Shown here: positions 26,763 to 41,700 of the stretch, in pieces
Position numbering within the stretch: position 1 is the first letter of the stretch
Layout: every line of letters starts with the position of its first letter
Origin: Cercozoa sp. M6MM
Taxonomy: Eukaryota > Protista > Endomyxa: Ascetosporea
Direction: 5' to 3' (one strand)
Length of the DNA: 64,000 nt
Assembly: GCA_040357565.1 (NCBI GenBank)
Contig: JBDODJ010000012.1
Program-made: the position numbers and the translations under genes
The notes under the pieces: model-generated
Database searches by the model: none
What the model was told of the DNA's origin: nothing
The model's input: the letters and a program-made list of their open reading frames with translations, nothing else

Positions 26763-27600
26763 GTATGGCACTCGGAAGCCTAGTAGGAGCGACTCACAAG
26801 CTCATATTTTATCGGACTTTTGCAAAACGAGAAAAATCAGGTGTCTCGGCTCATTCGGCATCGCGGGCAGACACGTTCCCGACCATCTGGTTTCGGTTGC
26901 ACGTCATTTTCACGGAAGCCGTCAACAAAATGCACATTGATACTGCACACTCGCTCTAGTCACACTCCCTGGTTTTTTGCGCGTCCAACGCATTGCCAGA
27001 TTGCGACATTTTCCGCGTCATAAATTACTTGCTCGATGTCTTCTCTCTCGTTGTCGTGGGACAGTGTATTCATTTCTGATTGTCTTCTTTCCCAGTTGGA
27101 CGAACTGGGTCTTTGTGGGTGCAAATTCCATGCCGTTGCGTTTTGCCCAGGTGGTGGCTGTGTCCAAGAGGCGCTTACACGCTTCCTGCATGTGTCCAAC
27201 CTTGACATGTGTTGTTTCCGCTTGCTGAGGCAGGGCGGCAGCGAGATGGGTCGGTAGGACGCTGCCTTCGTATTTTACAGTCCTTGCCAGGCTTGGGTAG
27301 CATCACAACGGTTGCATGTTTCCATGCCTTCGGGAAGTACCCATGTGTGAGACAGGCATTGTAGACTTCAGTAGCAGTTGTTTGGCCTCATCTGGTAGGT
27401 GAGGCCAGAGTTCGGTTGGTGGTGAAACCAGTGGTGGCGGTGAGGCCATGACAAAAAACAAATCCTGCGCTGCGATCGATTTTACTGTTTTTGGCCTACA
27501 GTGGCCTAGCGCCACTATAATGCCTGGCGTAATGTTTTCTACTATGTAAAATTATGCTGAGCACAACCAGTCTTAGAATCAAATTATCCCAACGCAAGTG
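26763..27600 (+). CDS. Possible small hypothetical gene
   Basis: ATG at 26763 and several GT-AG intron-like segments fill the space between the transporter and the HECT gene. I could not establish a reliable frame. Confidence 0.25.
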
Positions 27601-27627
27601 CACATTCTATTGGCAGCGTGGTAGCTA

Positions 27628-30600
27628 CTACTCTTCGAAACCTGTACCTCCGTGCTCGATGGCGACACGCAGCTGTTGTTCCAGCTGTTCTTTGGTCTCA
27701 TACGCCTATCAGCGCAGCAAAAAATACAACCCAGACATGTTGGTAGTCAAATATGCGTTACCACCAAGGTTAGCATTCGCGAGCACGTCATCGCTCGGGG
27801 CAGGTTAGAGCTAAGCGGCAGCACCACCACCGACCTAGGTTGAAATCAGTACAGATATCGAACTTCGCACACCTCACCACATGGCCAAGCCAACAAAATA
27901 CCAGGACTGTCTTTCGAGAGTGCGCGCAGGATCGAAACCATGGAGCGGAGGCAAAGGCGACCCACTCCTACCAAAAAAAACCAGTCAAGATGCCAGCAAA
28001 AACAAAGGCACAAAAATGTCCAATGTCCTACCAGAACTGAAGCAACTTCTGATGCTGAGTCCATTCGCAATCGGCGACGATTTCGAAGAACCTAGAGTAT
28101 TGACGGTACAAATACGGTAAAAAAAACAAAACAAACACAAGCGAAAAAACCACTGCCGGACACGTGAAACAGTATTCCAGTCGACAGCTCCCAAGACTTC
28201 CTCAGACCGAAGGTCTGCCGACGCCTCATTATCGAAATGATGCCCTGGCTGGCCATTCCACATGACATGTCGTCGCATCGCATTCACATCAAGGCGCTGG
28301 GCGCCTTGTAGACGCTCTTGCACTTCGACAACTCTCTTCAACAGCATCTTGCGGCCCTATATAAACCAAACGCATGCCTCTGCGATGTGTGTGTGTGCCA
28401 TAGGCAGGGCAAAGTACAGCAACAGGAACAACATCCGCGAAACCAGCCGCGACTTGAGCCACCATCGCTCGAACGCTGCAATCATTACATGACAGGTCAA
28501 AACAGTGGAACAAGCCACCTCAACGTACCTCGAAGGAACTACAACTTCGCGGGCGACAGCTTCAGCATACGTTTGTCTGTGTGTTCAAATCCAATAGATA
28601 AAACAAAGCCGAATTCCCAACAGTTGCAACCAGCCAAAATAACCTAAAGTCGACGGTATTCTTCACAGCAGGCGTGCTCGGAACGAGATCAGTGCCTTTG
28701 TACTCGAATTGCAGAGACGTCAGTCCTACAACAACCACCTCTCCCTCGTATCAAACTGAGATCATAACAGCAAAAGACAACGTACCCAGGTTTTCGAGAG
28801 AATGCTGCGTCAGTTGCTGCATACTCCGGTGCAGCGCAACAACCACAATCACAATCACAATCACAATCACAATCACAATCACAATCACAATCACAATCAC
28901 ACACAGACAAAGACACAGACACAGACACAGACACAGACACAGACACACACCGCATTTATAGACACACACCGCGGAAAATTGCAGCATATCGATCATCCAA
29001 GTGAACACGCGGCCATGCACCACCACGAAGGACACTGAGCACGATGCCTGCCGTCAGTCTCACGCCTGCTTTCGCGTAGCACACCGTCGTCGATGCACGT
29101 GTGCACAGAGCATTATATATAACGTATACATCAGCACACCTAGCGTGTTCTCGCGCAGCAATGCAATCGCTAAGAGTCTACCCAGCCACCTAGCCTCCTG
29201 CAGAGGTGCATTTTTGATACGTTGTCGAAGAAAAATCACAGGGGCATTCTCTTACTTGATCATCCAAGTCAAAATCAGGAGATGCAGTCCAATTGAAAGC
29301 GTCATTGTTGCCATTCTGCTCAAAGATGCCGATCTTTGGCAGCACCTTGCCTGCAACACGCGACACGTGAAACAAGCACACACACACCACGCGCGTGCGT
29401 ACCAAGCAGAGCAAAGAACTCGCGAACGACGCCATCGCCGGTGCCAGTTTCAACCCGGAAGTCTTTGTCGTCGTCCTACTAGGATCATAGTACGTGCACA
29501 CGCACCATGAGCGCCAAAAAAGGCACACCGAATCACTTGAGGAGTCAGAGTCATCGGTGCTGCTTGTGTCATATCCGTCACTGTCCGAGTAGTCGCTCTC
29601 ACTGCTTGAATGCTCACTGAGACCGCTGTCGAAGTCAGTATCGACACCACTGTGTTCATTGTCTGTCGCAGGACCGCCGTTCTCTCGGTCAACGTCGTCC
29701 TCCGTGCGATCCATTGCGCTGTTTTCGTCTTCTTGACGACGTTGTCTTTGGTTGTCACGGCGACGGCGCTGACGGTCGCCGCTGCTGTCGTCACGGAACA
29801 CGACGCGGAACTCGCGCAGCAGCATTCGCGGCGAGACTTCCTGGCGCTCCAGTTGGCGTACCTAGCATCATTAAAAAGTCACAGACGTACACAATCTATG
29901 TACACACATGCACATCTTCAGTACCAACGAGGCAAAGAAACTTCGAGGCGACTCGCGAGCATAGGTACGAGAGACCACAATGTCATCCGCCACCTCAAAA
30001 GACATCGCCTACACAAGGACAAATACATCGCAGCAAAACCTTAAAAGTAGTGCACAGAGGGAGCGAGTACATGCGAACTGGCAGCGAGTGTTTGGAACAC
30101 GAGTGCGCGGATACTTTCAATGCCATTATTGTTGCTTAGATCCAGACCAACGGCGGCGTTTGCACGGAAGTTGGCAGCGTCGCTATCGGAGACGTGCAAA
30201 TCCACCAAGTCGCCAAGTTGATCCAACGACACCTGATCGCCCGTTCGAGCGTCGATGACCATCAACTGTATCGCGTCTAGTTAGCATTCTCTACGACTTC
30301 GTGCCCAACAAGAGAGACCATACCTGTTCCTGATGAGCGTCATGATCTGCTTCCTGTGGAAAGTGAGCATATCACTGCGAACATATCACAAAGATACCTG
30401 AAGTCGGAACGACGCCATCAAAGGCGACAAAATTGAGCGAATTAACTCGTTGCCATCCTGGGTACAGCTTCCTCTCAGTCACAGACACGCAGACACAGAC
30501 ACAGACACGGACACGGACACAGACACAGACACACAAGTATATGGGCCCTCAGAAGACATGGACGAGCTACCTGAAACAACACTCGGATCGCAGCTGAATC

Positions 30601-33600
30601 GAATTCAACGAATGCGAGAAAATTCTCGCCGAGACGACCGAGAGTACTGCGAACTGCATACAAGCAGCTCAGCGCTTTTGGTTCCCTCGCATGCTGCATG
30701 CTGTTGGCAGAGTGAGAAACGTACTGGTGTACAAATCATCGAGACTAGAGACAAACGCTGCGTCATTCGGCAGAGTTGGATCCACTGCGTCTTCGTATCG
30801 ATTCTGTTACACATATGAAAATCAATCACACAAGCGATACACAATTCAACAGGAAAAACGGAAACCTACCACACGAGGCAATTGACTTGACTCCACTGGC
30901 TCGTGCTCAAGCAGGAATGACGTGCCACCACTGGACGAGATCGCGGGGCGAGAATCGTCGTACTTCGTGTCATCCGTGTTGTACCTGGTAGTCAGCGCAC
31001 CCAGCATGTGGTCGCGATGACTGTACAGACAGATAAGTGATCCACCACACAACACACATATAAGTGACAGTATGTGGGGCGAAACCTGTGCACGAGGGAA
31101 CGATAGACAGCTCCAGGCAAAATCGGTCGTGACTCTGGGAGGTCCTGCGCACAGCATGTGGATACACTGAACATACATTGATATCGAGGAGTGGACACGA
31201 ACCAAGGAGTGCAACGGTGCGCCATAGTCAACATTAAACAGTAACAGCAGCGAGTGCGCGAACGAAGTCACTTGCGAGACTGACAGATTAGTCTGCACAA
31301 GGCACAAATACAGATTTACATGCATATAGGTATGCGTTCACACCTCGAGATCGACAATGTCCAAATCGAGCAGATGCTCCAGACACAAGTCAAGCGACGA
31401 CAAGACCCGATGCGTGTGATTCGACACCTGTCAAACAAGGGTCGCCCACCCAAGTGCTTGAGACAAAGACAAAAAACAGAGCCAGCGATACTCTTTCGGC
31501 AACCAACTGGCACAATTCAGAACGCGCGAACTCTGGCAGACACTGTCCCATATACACAACAAACAATGTCTCGACGAAGCTCGTCGGGTAGTCAGCAGTT
31601 AAGACACACCTGTGCAGCACACACGGCGCGTCGGAACACTGGAGTCAAGCTCTCCAGGAACACGGCGCACTAAGCACATAACCAGATGCAACAATGAAGG
31701 CGCACTGCTGATAGACAAAAACTCGAGACGAACAATATCGGCATGCGGGCCTAACGAGAACAACATCGCAGTGGCACATCTGACCTGTAAAGAAGAAATA
31801 CTCAGCATGCACCAGACGCTACATTAAAAAAAGTACCAGCATCCGCACTAACAGCAACAGATGAGGCTGTGGGTCTTCTTTGTCACCCGGATTCAAGAGC
31901 CACAGCACGCCGAGACGAGAGCTGCATACACAAACGAAAAACGAGTAAGGCAGCAAGAAAAGAAAAGAGGAAAACTCACCTCAGCACAGCAGCAAGCAAT
32001 TTGATCGAGTGCACATAGTCGTGCCCGTCACCTTCGCGAACTTGCGTGTCATGCGACAGCAAGTCAAGCAGAGCCTGGGGTAGAGGTAAAGGGAGTAAAA
32101 AGCGGGGGTAAAGAGGTGAAGGGAGGTAAGGAGTAAGAAATCTAGATGTATCAAGCAAGGCAGGTACAGTGGCAGTCGTCGTCCTCAGGGGCAATCTGCC
32201 CATCTCCGGTGCCCAAGGAACATTATAATTGTTAATTTCTTCGGGACTGTTCAAGCCGTAGATCACGTTGTCGTAGTCGTCCTCCAAGCCTATGTATCAT
32301 GCACACATAAACTTGCATTTGGTCCAACAGAACACAAAGAGCGGAAGCACCTGGCACATCGGCCCGAGAACCAATGAACCGCGTCGAAAACTCTTCGAGC
32401 GACATATGCAGGTTGAAATCGAATGTGCATTTACGCAGGATGTGCACTGTGCACGTATCTTATTGTCTTAACAACACACATACGCACACTCCGAACTGCA
32501 ATTTAACAATAACTTACAGACTGCAGGAACAACAGCGCCCACAAGAAAGGCCTCTTGAGACAACTCAACCCTATGCATATTGAAGCAAACTCTGTGTCGA
32601 TGGTGACATGCAATGATACCGTTCTGTCCCAAGACTCGTGTCGATACGTGTGAAGTCATGCTGCAGATACACGGAGACGCAGACCTGTGCACCATACATA
32701 CACACATGTCGACACTCCCATACCATTTGACAAGGATACCTTAAGCAACAGGTTGGGATGGTAGGCCATGTGGAAAGAGATCGTCTTCCAGAAGCCGTCT
32801 AATCCGCTTTCCTGCCAGTCGGGATCGGTCCAAACCCGAAACGTTTCGTAGTCCCTAAGGCAGATACAATCAACACACACACACACAGACACACAGACAC
32901 ACAGAAATAGACCCAGACACAAACACACACACACACACACACACACAGACACAGACACAGACACAGACACAGACACAGACACAGACACAGACACACACAC
33001 GGAAGCAAACAGATGCGAAGCTACCGATATGACAGTCGGTATTCGTGATCGGCATCGTTAACCTTCGACATTGCCGGCACATTGACGTTCCAGATGTCTG
33101 CCTGTTGCATCACAAGATAATCGTAGCGTACAGGGAGCTAGAGTTTCATCGACATACCAACACGGGCATCACATGCGCGAACGAACGCGAAATGTGGCAC
33201 AGGTGGCTGACGCATCTCGCCAGTCGCAGAGGGTACAGGGACACTGTTCTCGCGAAGCGCCAGGTGCTGAGTCAGGCAGAGAGATACATGCAAAGAGTCA
33301 GGGAAAGGTGTCCATGAAGGAAGAGGGCACCGCACACTGCCGAAGGAAGCGGCCAACTCGGGTTGGAGTTTGCGCAGCGAGGAAAGCACCACACCCACAC
33401 TGTCGAGCACGAACGGAACCGCGTGATGTGCTTCTTCGTCTGCACATGCTCAAATAAACTCTTCCATCGCACAGACACACCGACAGACACATACACAAAC
33501 ATACTCGATGCAGTCAGATAGCGCAGGGCCTTGTAGCTGCCGTGCGTGACTGCCACCGTCAGCAGTCGCTTGAGCGATACCGCATCTGGCCGGCACTGCG

Positions 33601-34585
33601 AGAGAACAGAGTTAGGGTGTGCTCCATTCCCATCCACCTCTCCCAGCTGAGACAGCTGACAAAGAAAAGACACACCTGCAGTGACGTCAACACTGCGATC
33701 GAATCACTGGCTGCCGCAGACAGAGCAAGTCGGTGATTCTCCTCGTCCGAAAGAGTTATTTTGTCCAGAACAGAGAGAACGAGGTTTTCGCAATCCATCT
33801 CCAGTAGTGCACACAGCGCAGTTGTTTGCATTGGAGGCGCGTACAACTCTTTCGGCGTGAAGAACTCACTCTTGGTCCATTCGGCGTCAAAGTCAACATC
33901 TGGCTTGCCTGCCTGCATGTCGCGCAGATGCATCACTTGCGACTTTGTCAACGGGGACTAAACAAGGCAGCAACCAATGACCCCACACAGACACACAGAC
34001 GCACACAGACGCACACAAACACAAAAACATCGGCCATAGGTGAGACTAACCAACAAGCATGTCACGATGTCGTCACGCTGCAGCACCGCCGACGGAACAG
34101 GCAGAATCTCGGCAGGCGAAGTCAAATCAGTGGTAGTTCGCGCGGAGACTAGAAACGCCGCATCAGTCAGCAATTCCTTGACTATGGTATCAGCTACAGC
34201 GTCCGCAGACATATTTCGACGCCACTGCATCAAGAAGAGTCAACCCATCCAGACTAAAACGAACAAAATTGACAAAATAAACCTTGTCAAGTATGTCCGA
34301 TACTATCATCGTGTCACTAAAAACTAAATAAGACAAGTTGAGCACGCCGCTGCGCGTTTCAATGACTGAATACACGAGCTGATGCCGTTTTAAAATGGAA
34401 GGTTGTCCAAACCCGTCACTCTTTGGTGCCGTCAGGGGCGCTTTGCAGACTAAAGTAGATCTAACTTCTAGTGACGTGGCGTGCCTTTGATTGTGTGCAG
34501 ACACTGTGGGCACGCCTATGTGGGTACTGATACAGCACCCAAAATGCATGAGTTCTTGTTTTCTCAGTTTTATGCGTGTGACCAT
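27628..34585 (-). CDS. HECT-domain E3 ubiquitin ligase with N-terminal ankyrin-like helical region; multi-exon, start approximate
   Basis: FRVETGTGDGVVREFFALL, ARWLGRLLAIAL, VRQW|FFEIV, QKLLQFW|SGS, catalytic LPRAMTCSRML and C-terminal YETKEQLEQQLRVAIEHGGTGFEE* (stop at 27628). Ankyrin-like LTVAVTHGSYKALRYL at ~33530. Confidence 0.88.
28844..28950. repeat. (CACAAT)n followed by (CAGACA)n hexamer microsatellites, intronic
   Basis: Direct observation. CAGACA arrays also occur at ~95-145, 30490-30530 and 32945-32995. Confidence 0.9.
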
Positions 34586-34681
34586 TCATCTAGGACGATT
34601 GGTTCTACTACCAAGACCCCGTCCAAAGCTGGTACCCTCCGCAGTGACCTTTTAGACAAGTTTAAGAATTTTGCTTTCTGT

Positions 34682-37600
34682 ATGTGCCGACAGGGTTGCT
34701 GCTCGACTGGTGAAGGTACTTAGCACACTCGGGTTCGCTGATGTTTATGACGCACTTGAATAAACGTAACACTTAGAGACACGCGTCAGCGAAAGCAGCG
34801 GCCACAACTGAAAACAACAAAAAACGCGCGCCTGCGCTACTTTCCTCTCTTGTACGCTCCTGTCTTCGGCCCCTTTGACACCCCTGTTACCCCTGGCCTA
34901 CGCACACAGGCGAGAACTGCCAGATGGGACCCAAAATTTGATGGTACAATTTCTGTTTTGTATTTGTTTTTGTATTAGTGATATACGTACGCGCGGACAG
35001 GTTTGACTCCCGCGGCAGCGGCACTGCTGGCGTCTCCGAGCTCCACCGCGTCGCACTCTTGTAGGACACTTTGTTGTAGCCCTCCCTCCCCCCCCAGCAC
35101 CTGCTTTGGCCTACAGCAACAACGTCGAAGGAGGGAACCCCGGACAGTTCCAACAATGACACAGGTAACACACTTCACGGTGCTCACCTTCTCGCGACTG
35201 ACCCTCCCGCTTTTGTCTCGGTATGCAGAAGAGCCAGGCGTGGGTGCTTGCGTCGAACTGCGCACCGTGCTGGGTCAGCGAATTCTGCTCACCGGTACTT
35301 ATTGATCCCCCACTGATCCCATTGATCTCACTTAGGTTTGGCACTAATGGCATGTGCGTACAGAGGCTCAGTTCGCCGCACTGCGTCGTGCGGAACCGTC
35401 TTCGATCAATCGCGATTTGCCGAATCTGGTGGCGCTCGAAGAATTCACTGCTGGTAGTTCCTCTCCCCTTTACCCCACCCCTTTACCCCTTCACTGTCCC
35501 TCTTGACCACATTTCCTTTACTCCCCTACAGGTGCCGTGTTGCACCAGTTGCGACAGCGGTATTTGCGAGGCGACATCTACACCAACATTGGCGACATTG
35601 TGATCAGCATCAACCCGTACCTTTGTGTCCGTGCCTGACTACCCTTCCCCGACTCTCTGTATTCTTCTGTATAGGTACCGCTTGCTGCCATTATTCACGC
35701 CTCGTGTTATGGAGCGCTACCTTTCTTCGGTACCCTCTCAATGTGTTCTATCTCCTTCCCCCCTGTCTAACCTCTTCCATGCACAGCCGACGACGACATC
35801 GGCATCGCCGTTGGCACCGCACATTTTTCAGATCGCTTTGCGAGCCTATCGGTACTGCTGACTGTCCTCACTTGACCCCTCCTACCTCCTTGTCTCCAGA
35901 GCGGCAATCGCGCAACCAGACCTACAACAACAACAAGAACAAGAACAACAACGACAACAACGGCAACAGCAACAGTATGCGCATGTGCACGGTGGTCGCG
36001 ATCAGTCGATCATCATCTCGGTATCGTCTCGTGCTGTGCCACACGAAGATCAGTCGCATGTAATCGCGCGGGTTTGTCTGTGCACAGGGCGAAAGTGGTT
36101 CCGGCAAGACTGAGGCCGCCAAGCTCATTCTTAATTTCTTCTCCGAGGCCAGCACTTACGAACTGCGCCGTCGACGCTTTCGTATGGTAGGTGGGGTGCG
36201 GGGGGGGGGGGGTAAACTGCTACTCTTGCACATGCAGCAGAAAGAGGAAGAAGTCGAGGACACTGCGCCGATGGGAGGTGACTCGAATGACGGTGCCAAC
36301 GTTAGTGCCAGTATGGAAGCCTCGACTGCTCCGGCCACCCCGAGTGCCCTTCATTCTTTACCCATACCCCTCTTCCTTTGCCCTTCCCCCCTTCACCCCT
36401 TTGCCTCCTTAACCCCTTAACCCCATTAACCTTCCTGTAAACCTCGTGTGACGCAGGCACTTCGAGTCCGCAGCGTCGTCGCTCGCTGCTCATGCGGCAG
36501 CGGCTGGAACGTTTCGACCAGGTAGTTTCCCCCCTCTCCACCCCCGTTGCCCTTACCCCCTCTATGTGATACAGTTGTTGCTGCGTGCCAACATGGTCCT
36601 GGAAGCCTTCGGCAACGCCAAGACGACGCGCAATCACAATTCCTCGCGTTTTGGCAAACTGTTGGACGTTTGGCTGTGTAAGCTTGCTCTTGGGGTGGGG
36701 GGGGGGGGGAGGGTTAGACCCCATGTGTCTGTAGCTGCAGGATCGGGTCAAGTCACTGGTGGTCGCATCGTCAACTACCTCCTGCAAAAGGTGTGCACCC
36801 TTACCTACCTGCCTATCTCCCTGCCTACCTACCTACCTACCTACCTACCTACCTCCCTACCTACCTACCTACCTCCCTACCTACCTACCTAAGGATAACG
36901 TGTATCTGTGTTTCTGTACACAGGCCAGAGTGACGGCACACTCGGCAGGTGAACGCAACTTCCATGTGTTCTACCAGACCTTGCTGGGCGTCGACTCCGA
37001 CCTGCGTCGGCGTTGGCGCCTGGGACACCCGCTTGGTACCTCTCTACCATGTCCCTTAGTCCCCTACCTCTGTCACCCCACATAGACTTCCGCTACCTAA
37101 ACCCGAAACTGACGCACGCGGTACTCGACGAAATCGCGCGAACGCAGGCGACTCCGGTGCGTGAGCCAGCACTGTCGGCGCAGAAGGCAGCCAAGAAGAA
37201 TCCCTTCGACACCGACTCCGATGAGGTTTATACCCTCATTACCCCTTTTCTCCTGCATTCTCAATGCTTCTAGCAGGAGGCGAACCTCGAGTCGTTGACG
37301 TCGTTCTACTCGCTCGATGTGGCCGCCAACTCCGACACGGCTACTGCTGATGCTGGTACGTCGACTCCCGTACTTACCCCCTCCCCTTTAACCCCTACCC
37401 ATACCCCGGGTAGGTGTCAATGATGCCGACCACTTTGAGTCGACGCTGCTGTCGCTGAAAGCTCTGGGCTTCTCGCGCGATGAGGTACTCTGTTTACCCC
37501 CCCCCCCCCCCGTCCCCCTGTTATCCCAACGTTACCCTGTTGCCCTTGGGGGATAGGTGCACGGCATCCTCCGCAGTCTGGCCGGCGTACTGCACTTAGG

Positions 37601-38690
37601 TCAACTGGTGGTGACGGAACGCAGTTCGGATGAAGCCGGTGCCGGGCAGATGGAGGCATGCACACTGAGTGCGACCTCGTGGGCACGTGCGCAGCTCGAG
37701 GTGTGCGCTGAAGTGCTGGGCGCCGAGGCAGGACCGCTGGAGGCGCAGCTGACGCACCGCAAGGTCGACATTCGCGGCGAGACCTGGCAGCGACCGCTCT
37801 CGGTGGTGGAGGCACGCTCCAACATCGACGCGCTGGCCAAGGCGATCTACGCGCGTCTCTTTGACTGGGTCGTGGCACGTATAAACCGCGCACTCGCCCT
37901 GCACGACGTGACCGACGAGACCGTGTCCTCTGCTTCAGCAGGTGCTGCTACTGCTGCTGCTGCTGCTGCTGCTACCGCCGACACGAGACGGCACGTCATG
38001 TTGCTCGACATTTACGGCTTCGAGGTCTTCGAGGAGAACCGCTTCGAGCAGCTGCTCATCAACTACGCCAACGAGCACCTCCAGCAGCTCTTCGTGTGGC
38101 GCGTCTTTGAACTCGAGCTGCACGAGTACCGCCGCGAGGGCGTCAACGTCGGTGACACTGTGCCGCGGTAGCCCCTCACCCCCTCCTTACTCCCCCACAA
38201 CTCTTACCCCCTACCCCTCATATCCCTCCTATCCCTCTTATCCCTCTTTCCCCTCTTACCCTTCCCCCTCCCCACAGTGACGTGGCACGTTTCGACAATC
38301 GCGATGTGATCGCGCTGCTGGGCGGGCCGTCGGCGCTGCTGCCGCGACCGTCGCTATTGCATGCTGGCGGTGACACTGCCGCCGATCACGATCTAGGTAC
38401 CCTGCACCCTGTCCCACCCTATACTCCCTGCCCTTTCCTCTACCCTACCCTAACACCCTACCTCCCTCCCTTTACCTCTCACTCGTTTGCACCCGTACAG
38501 GAGTGGCGGGCAGCACGGTGTTGTCGCTGCTGAACGTGCAGGCCAAGACACCCGGCGGCTGCGACGACCGCTTCGTGCAGGAACTCAAGAACACGTTGTG
38601 TGGCCACCCACGTTTCTTCTCCGATCGGTACCTTTTCTGACACAAGGTGACCACCCCTGACCGATCAATCGCGTGCACGCGTGTGTGTAT

Positions 38691-38730
<40 letters not shown>

Positions 38731-41700
38731 ATTGCTGACACAGGAGACGACCCGAGGAGTGCTTTATCGTGCGACACTTTGCAGCTGACGTGACCTACAC
38801 TGCCACCGGCGCTGTGCACAAGAACAAGGACAGGTACGGGACCAAAGGATGAAGGTGGGGGTTTAAGGAGAAGGTGGGGGTTTAAGGGGCAAAAGAGAGT
38901 AAGTACAGACTCGAGTCGGCCTTGTCGCACGCGATGGCGTCGGTGAAGTCGCCGCTGCTGGCGGCGCTCTTTCGCGACGACGCGCGTCTCGGACCGGATG
39001 CGGTATCACCTTCCCCATCCCCTCACCCACCCACCCCTTACCTCTCCTGCCCCTGTAGATGGCCAAGAAGCGCACGGTGGCCGAGTGTTTCCACGAGCAG
39101 CTCAAGCAACTCACTTCCGAACTGGTATGCTCTATTGATATGGAGGGGCAATGAGGGATACAGATCTCCTCAATGTGACTAGGCCAAAACGGACCTTCAC
39201 TTCGTGCGTTGCATCAAACCGAACCGCGCCAAGAAGAAGCTCGGTAGTACTCCTCCATTGTGCCTTATCCCTTGCCCCCCTATACTCTCCCTCTTCTTTG
39301 CCCTCCTCCAGTGTTCGACTCGCCGCTGGTGCTCGAGCAGTTTCGCTACAGCGGTTTGTTCGAAGCGATCGAGCTGCGCAAGAAGGGGTTTCCCTTCCGC
39401 AAGGTACCGTCACTTGGGCACGTGGCTCTCTTGGCGTGTGGCTCACTTGGCATGTGGCTCACTTGGCATGTGCGTTGGGTATGTGCGCAGACACACGCGG
39501 CCTTTCGACAGAGGTACGCGGTGTTGGTGTCACCGGCACTGCCCGAGTCGGTGCGGGCACGTGTGCACGCACGTGTGGACGGTCTACTGTTGCGTTTCTT
39601 GACTGACGGCGACGGTGTCACTGCGACCAGTGCTGCTGATACCGCTGCGACTGACGGTGAGGTGCATGCCAAGCTGGGCCGCACCAAAGTTCTCATGTCG
39701 GCTGAGATGTTCTCGCGTCTGGAGGTGCTTTGCCCCCTCACCCCTTTTCTTCTTTTTTCTTTTATTGTGCTTTCTCACAGGCACTTCGAGCGTCCGCGCG
39801 GACGCACTTCGCATGCCGCATTCAGCGCACGCTGCGTGTCGCCATTGCCAAGTACGTTTATACCCCTTTACCCCTCTCCTTACTTTACCCTTTATCCAGG
39901 CGGAAACTGAAGCGCCGGCGTGCGCGCGTTGCGCGCATCGAGGAAGCCATAATTCACGTGCGTTTCTCTTGTGACCACTTGGCTGACTAAGTGACCACCT
40001 GGCTGACCGGCTGACTAAGTGATCGTCCATGTGCCTGCAGGTGGCGAGTGTGGACGCACCACGTGACAAGGCGCAGGCGCTGCGGCGACTCAAGCAGCTC
40101 ATTGGTACACCTTTACCCCCCTCCCTCTTTACCTCCCTCTTTACTCCCCCTTAATTTCGCTGCAGTACGCGCCGATTACGACGGTTTCGAGCACGGCAGT
40201 GTTGTGCGGGTACCTCACATTAACCCCATCCCCGTTGTGTTTCACCCCCCCCCCCACCCCTACCCTTGCCCTTACCGCTTCTGCCCCATTACCCCGTATC
40301 ACCCCCGTTTAGGTGTAAGAAGAGAATTGGACGACGCCGTAATGCGCGAGGATGCGACTGTAGTCTTTCTTTGTCTCTTTATGTCCATCGGACACGACTG
40401 TTTGTGTGTAGGCACTGCGACAGTGTTTGTCGGAGACGCGTTCGTTGCTGCAGTGCGTCGCTTTGGAGGACGGCAGCGACCTCGATACGCTTATTGGTAT
40501 GACTGGGTGAGAAGGGGTAGCGGGGGGGAGGGCAACTCATTGACATCTGCTGCCCAGGCGACGAACCGCGCGTTGACGAGGATCCCGTCGACCTGTCTTT
40601 CTGGCAGAGTACTCCACAGGTAGCCGTGCTCACATGGGGGGTGTGAGGTAAATTCTTGTCTGTGTGCGTAGTGGCAGCAACTGCAGCGCCTGTTTAGCAA
40701 GGCATGCAACTTGCTGCGCAAACTACAGCAGTTCTCGGTCGCCATCGCACAAGTATCGATTCCGCCTGTATTCCTCCTGCCTTTACATTCCTTTACCTCC
40801 CGGAAGATCCAAGGCCAGATGGAAGAACTGCAACGCACGAGAAACCGACAGCAGACGCGACTTCTCCTGCGCAATGACGAGGTACCAATGTTTGCTCGTT
40901 TAACCCCCTCCCCACCTCCGCCCTTTCACTAGACACACATGCTGCCTGCCGAGGATGCGGAGGAGAACAGCGTGGACGACGTGTTAACACTCGTGAGCGA
41001 CGTCAATCGGGCCTTGCTGCTGCGCTCCTGGACGACGCACGTGCGTCTGCTGGTGTCGCTGGCCGTGTCACTGGCCGAGAACTACTCCCCGAGGGAACAG
41101 GAGTTCGGCTTCGCCACCGATCAGCACGTGTCGATCGCGCACAAGGCGCGACAGGTCTGGCTGCGACAGGCCGTGTCTGTTTGTGAGTTCGTGCGCTCTA
41201 TCCGGTAGTGTTTCTTCGGTTCTGTCCGTGCCTATCTATTTGTACTCATGTGCGACTCTGTAGAGCACTAAGCAATGCACCGATGGCCTCACTTGAGGAC
41301 TCTGCAGCTGCCTCATTGCTCATGCGGTACTCCCCTTCCACTCTGTATAGTAGACATCAGTCACACATCCTCTGAGCAGACAACTGGGCCAACTGATGCC
41401 TTCACTGGCACCGTCGGAAGCGGCTGTTGATGTACAAGCAACAAGCACCTCAGCATTCTTGCATCTTTTCCAAACGAAGACATGTTTCTTTTTTTTCAGT
41501 CGCTGCTGTCATCTCCAAACGATTCCGAAGCCAGGCGTGTCATGCTGAGGTACATGCTCGAGTTAAAGTTGCACCCAGTATGCTCCATATCGTTGTTTTA
41601 GACGACTGGCCGAAACTAGACTGCAGTTTGAGGAGGTAACCAGAACATGCATTCAGCAAAACGCACACTTGAACAATTCAAATTCGTCTGTAGGATCTAA

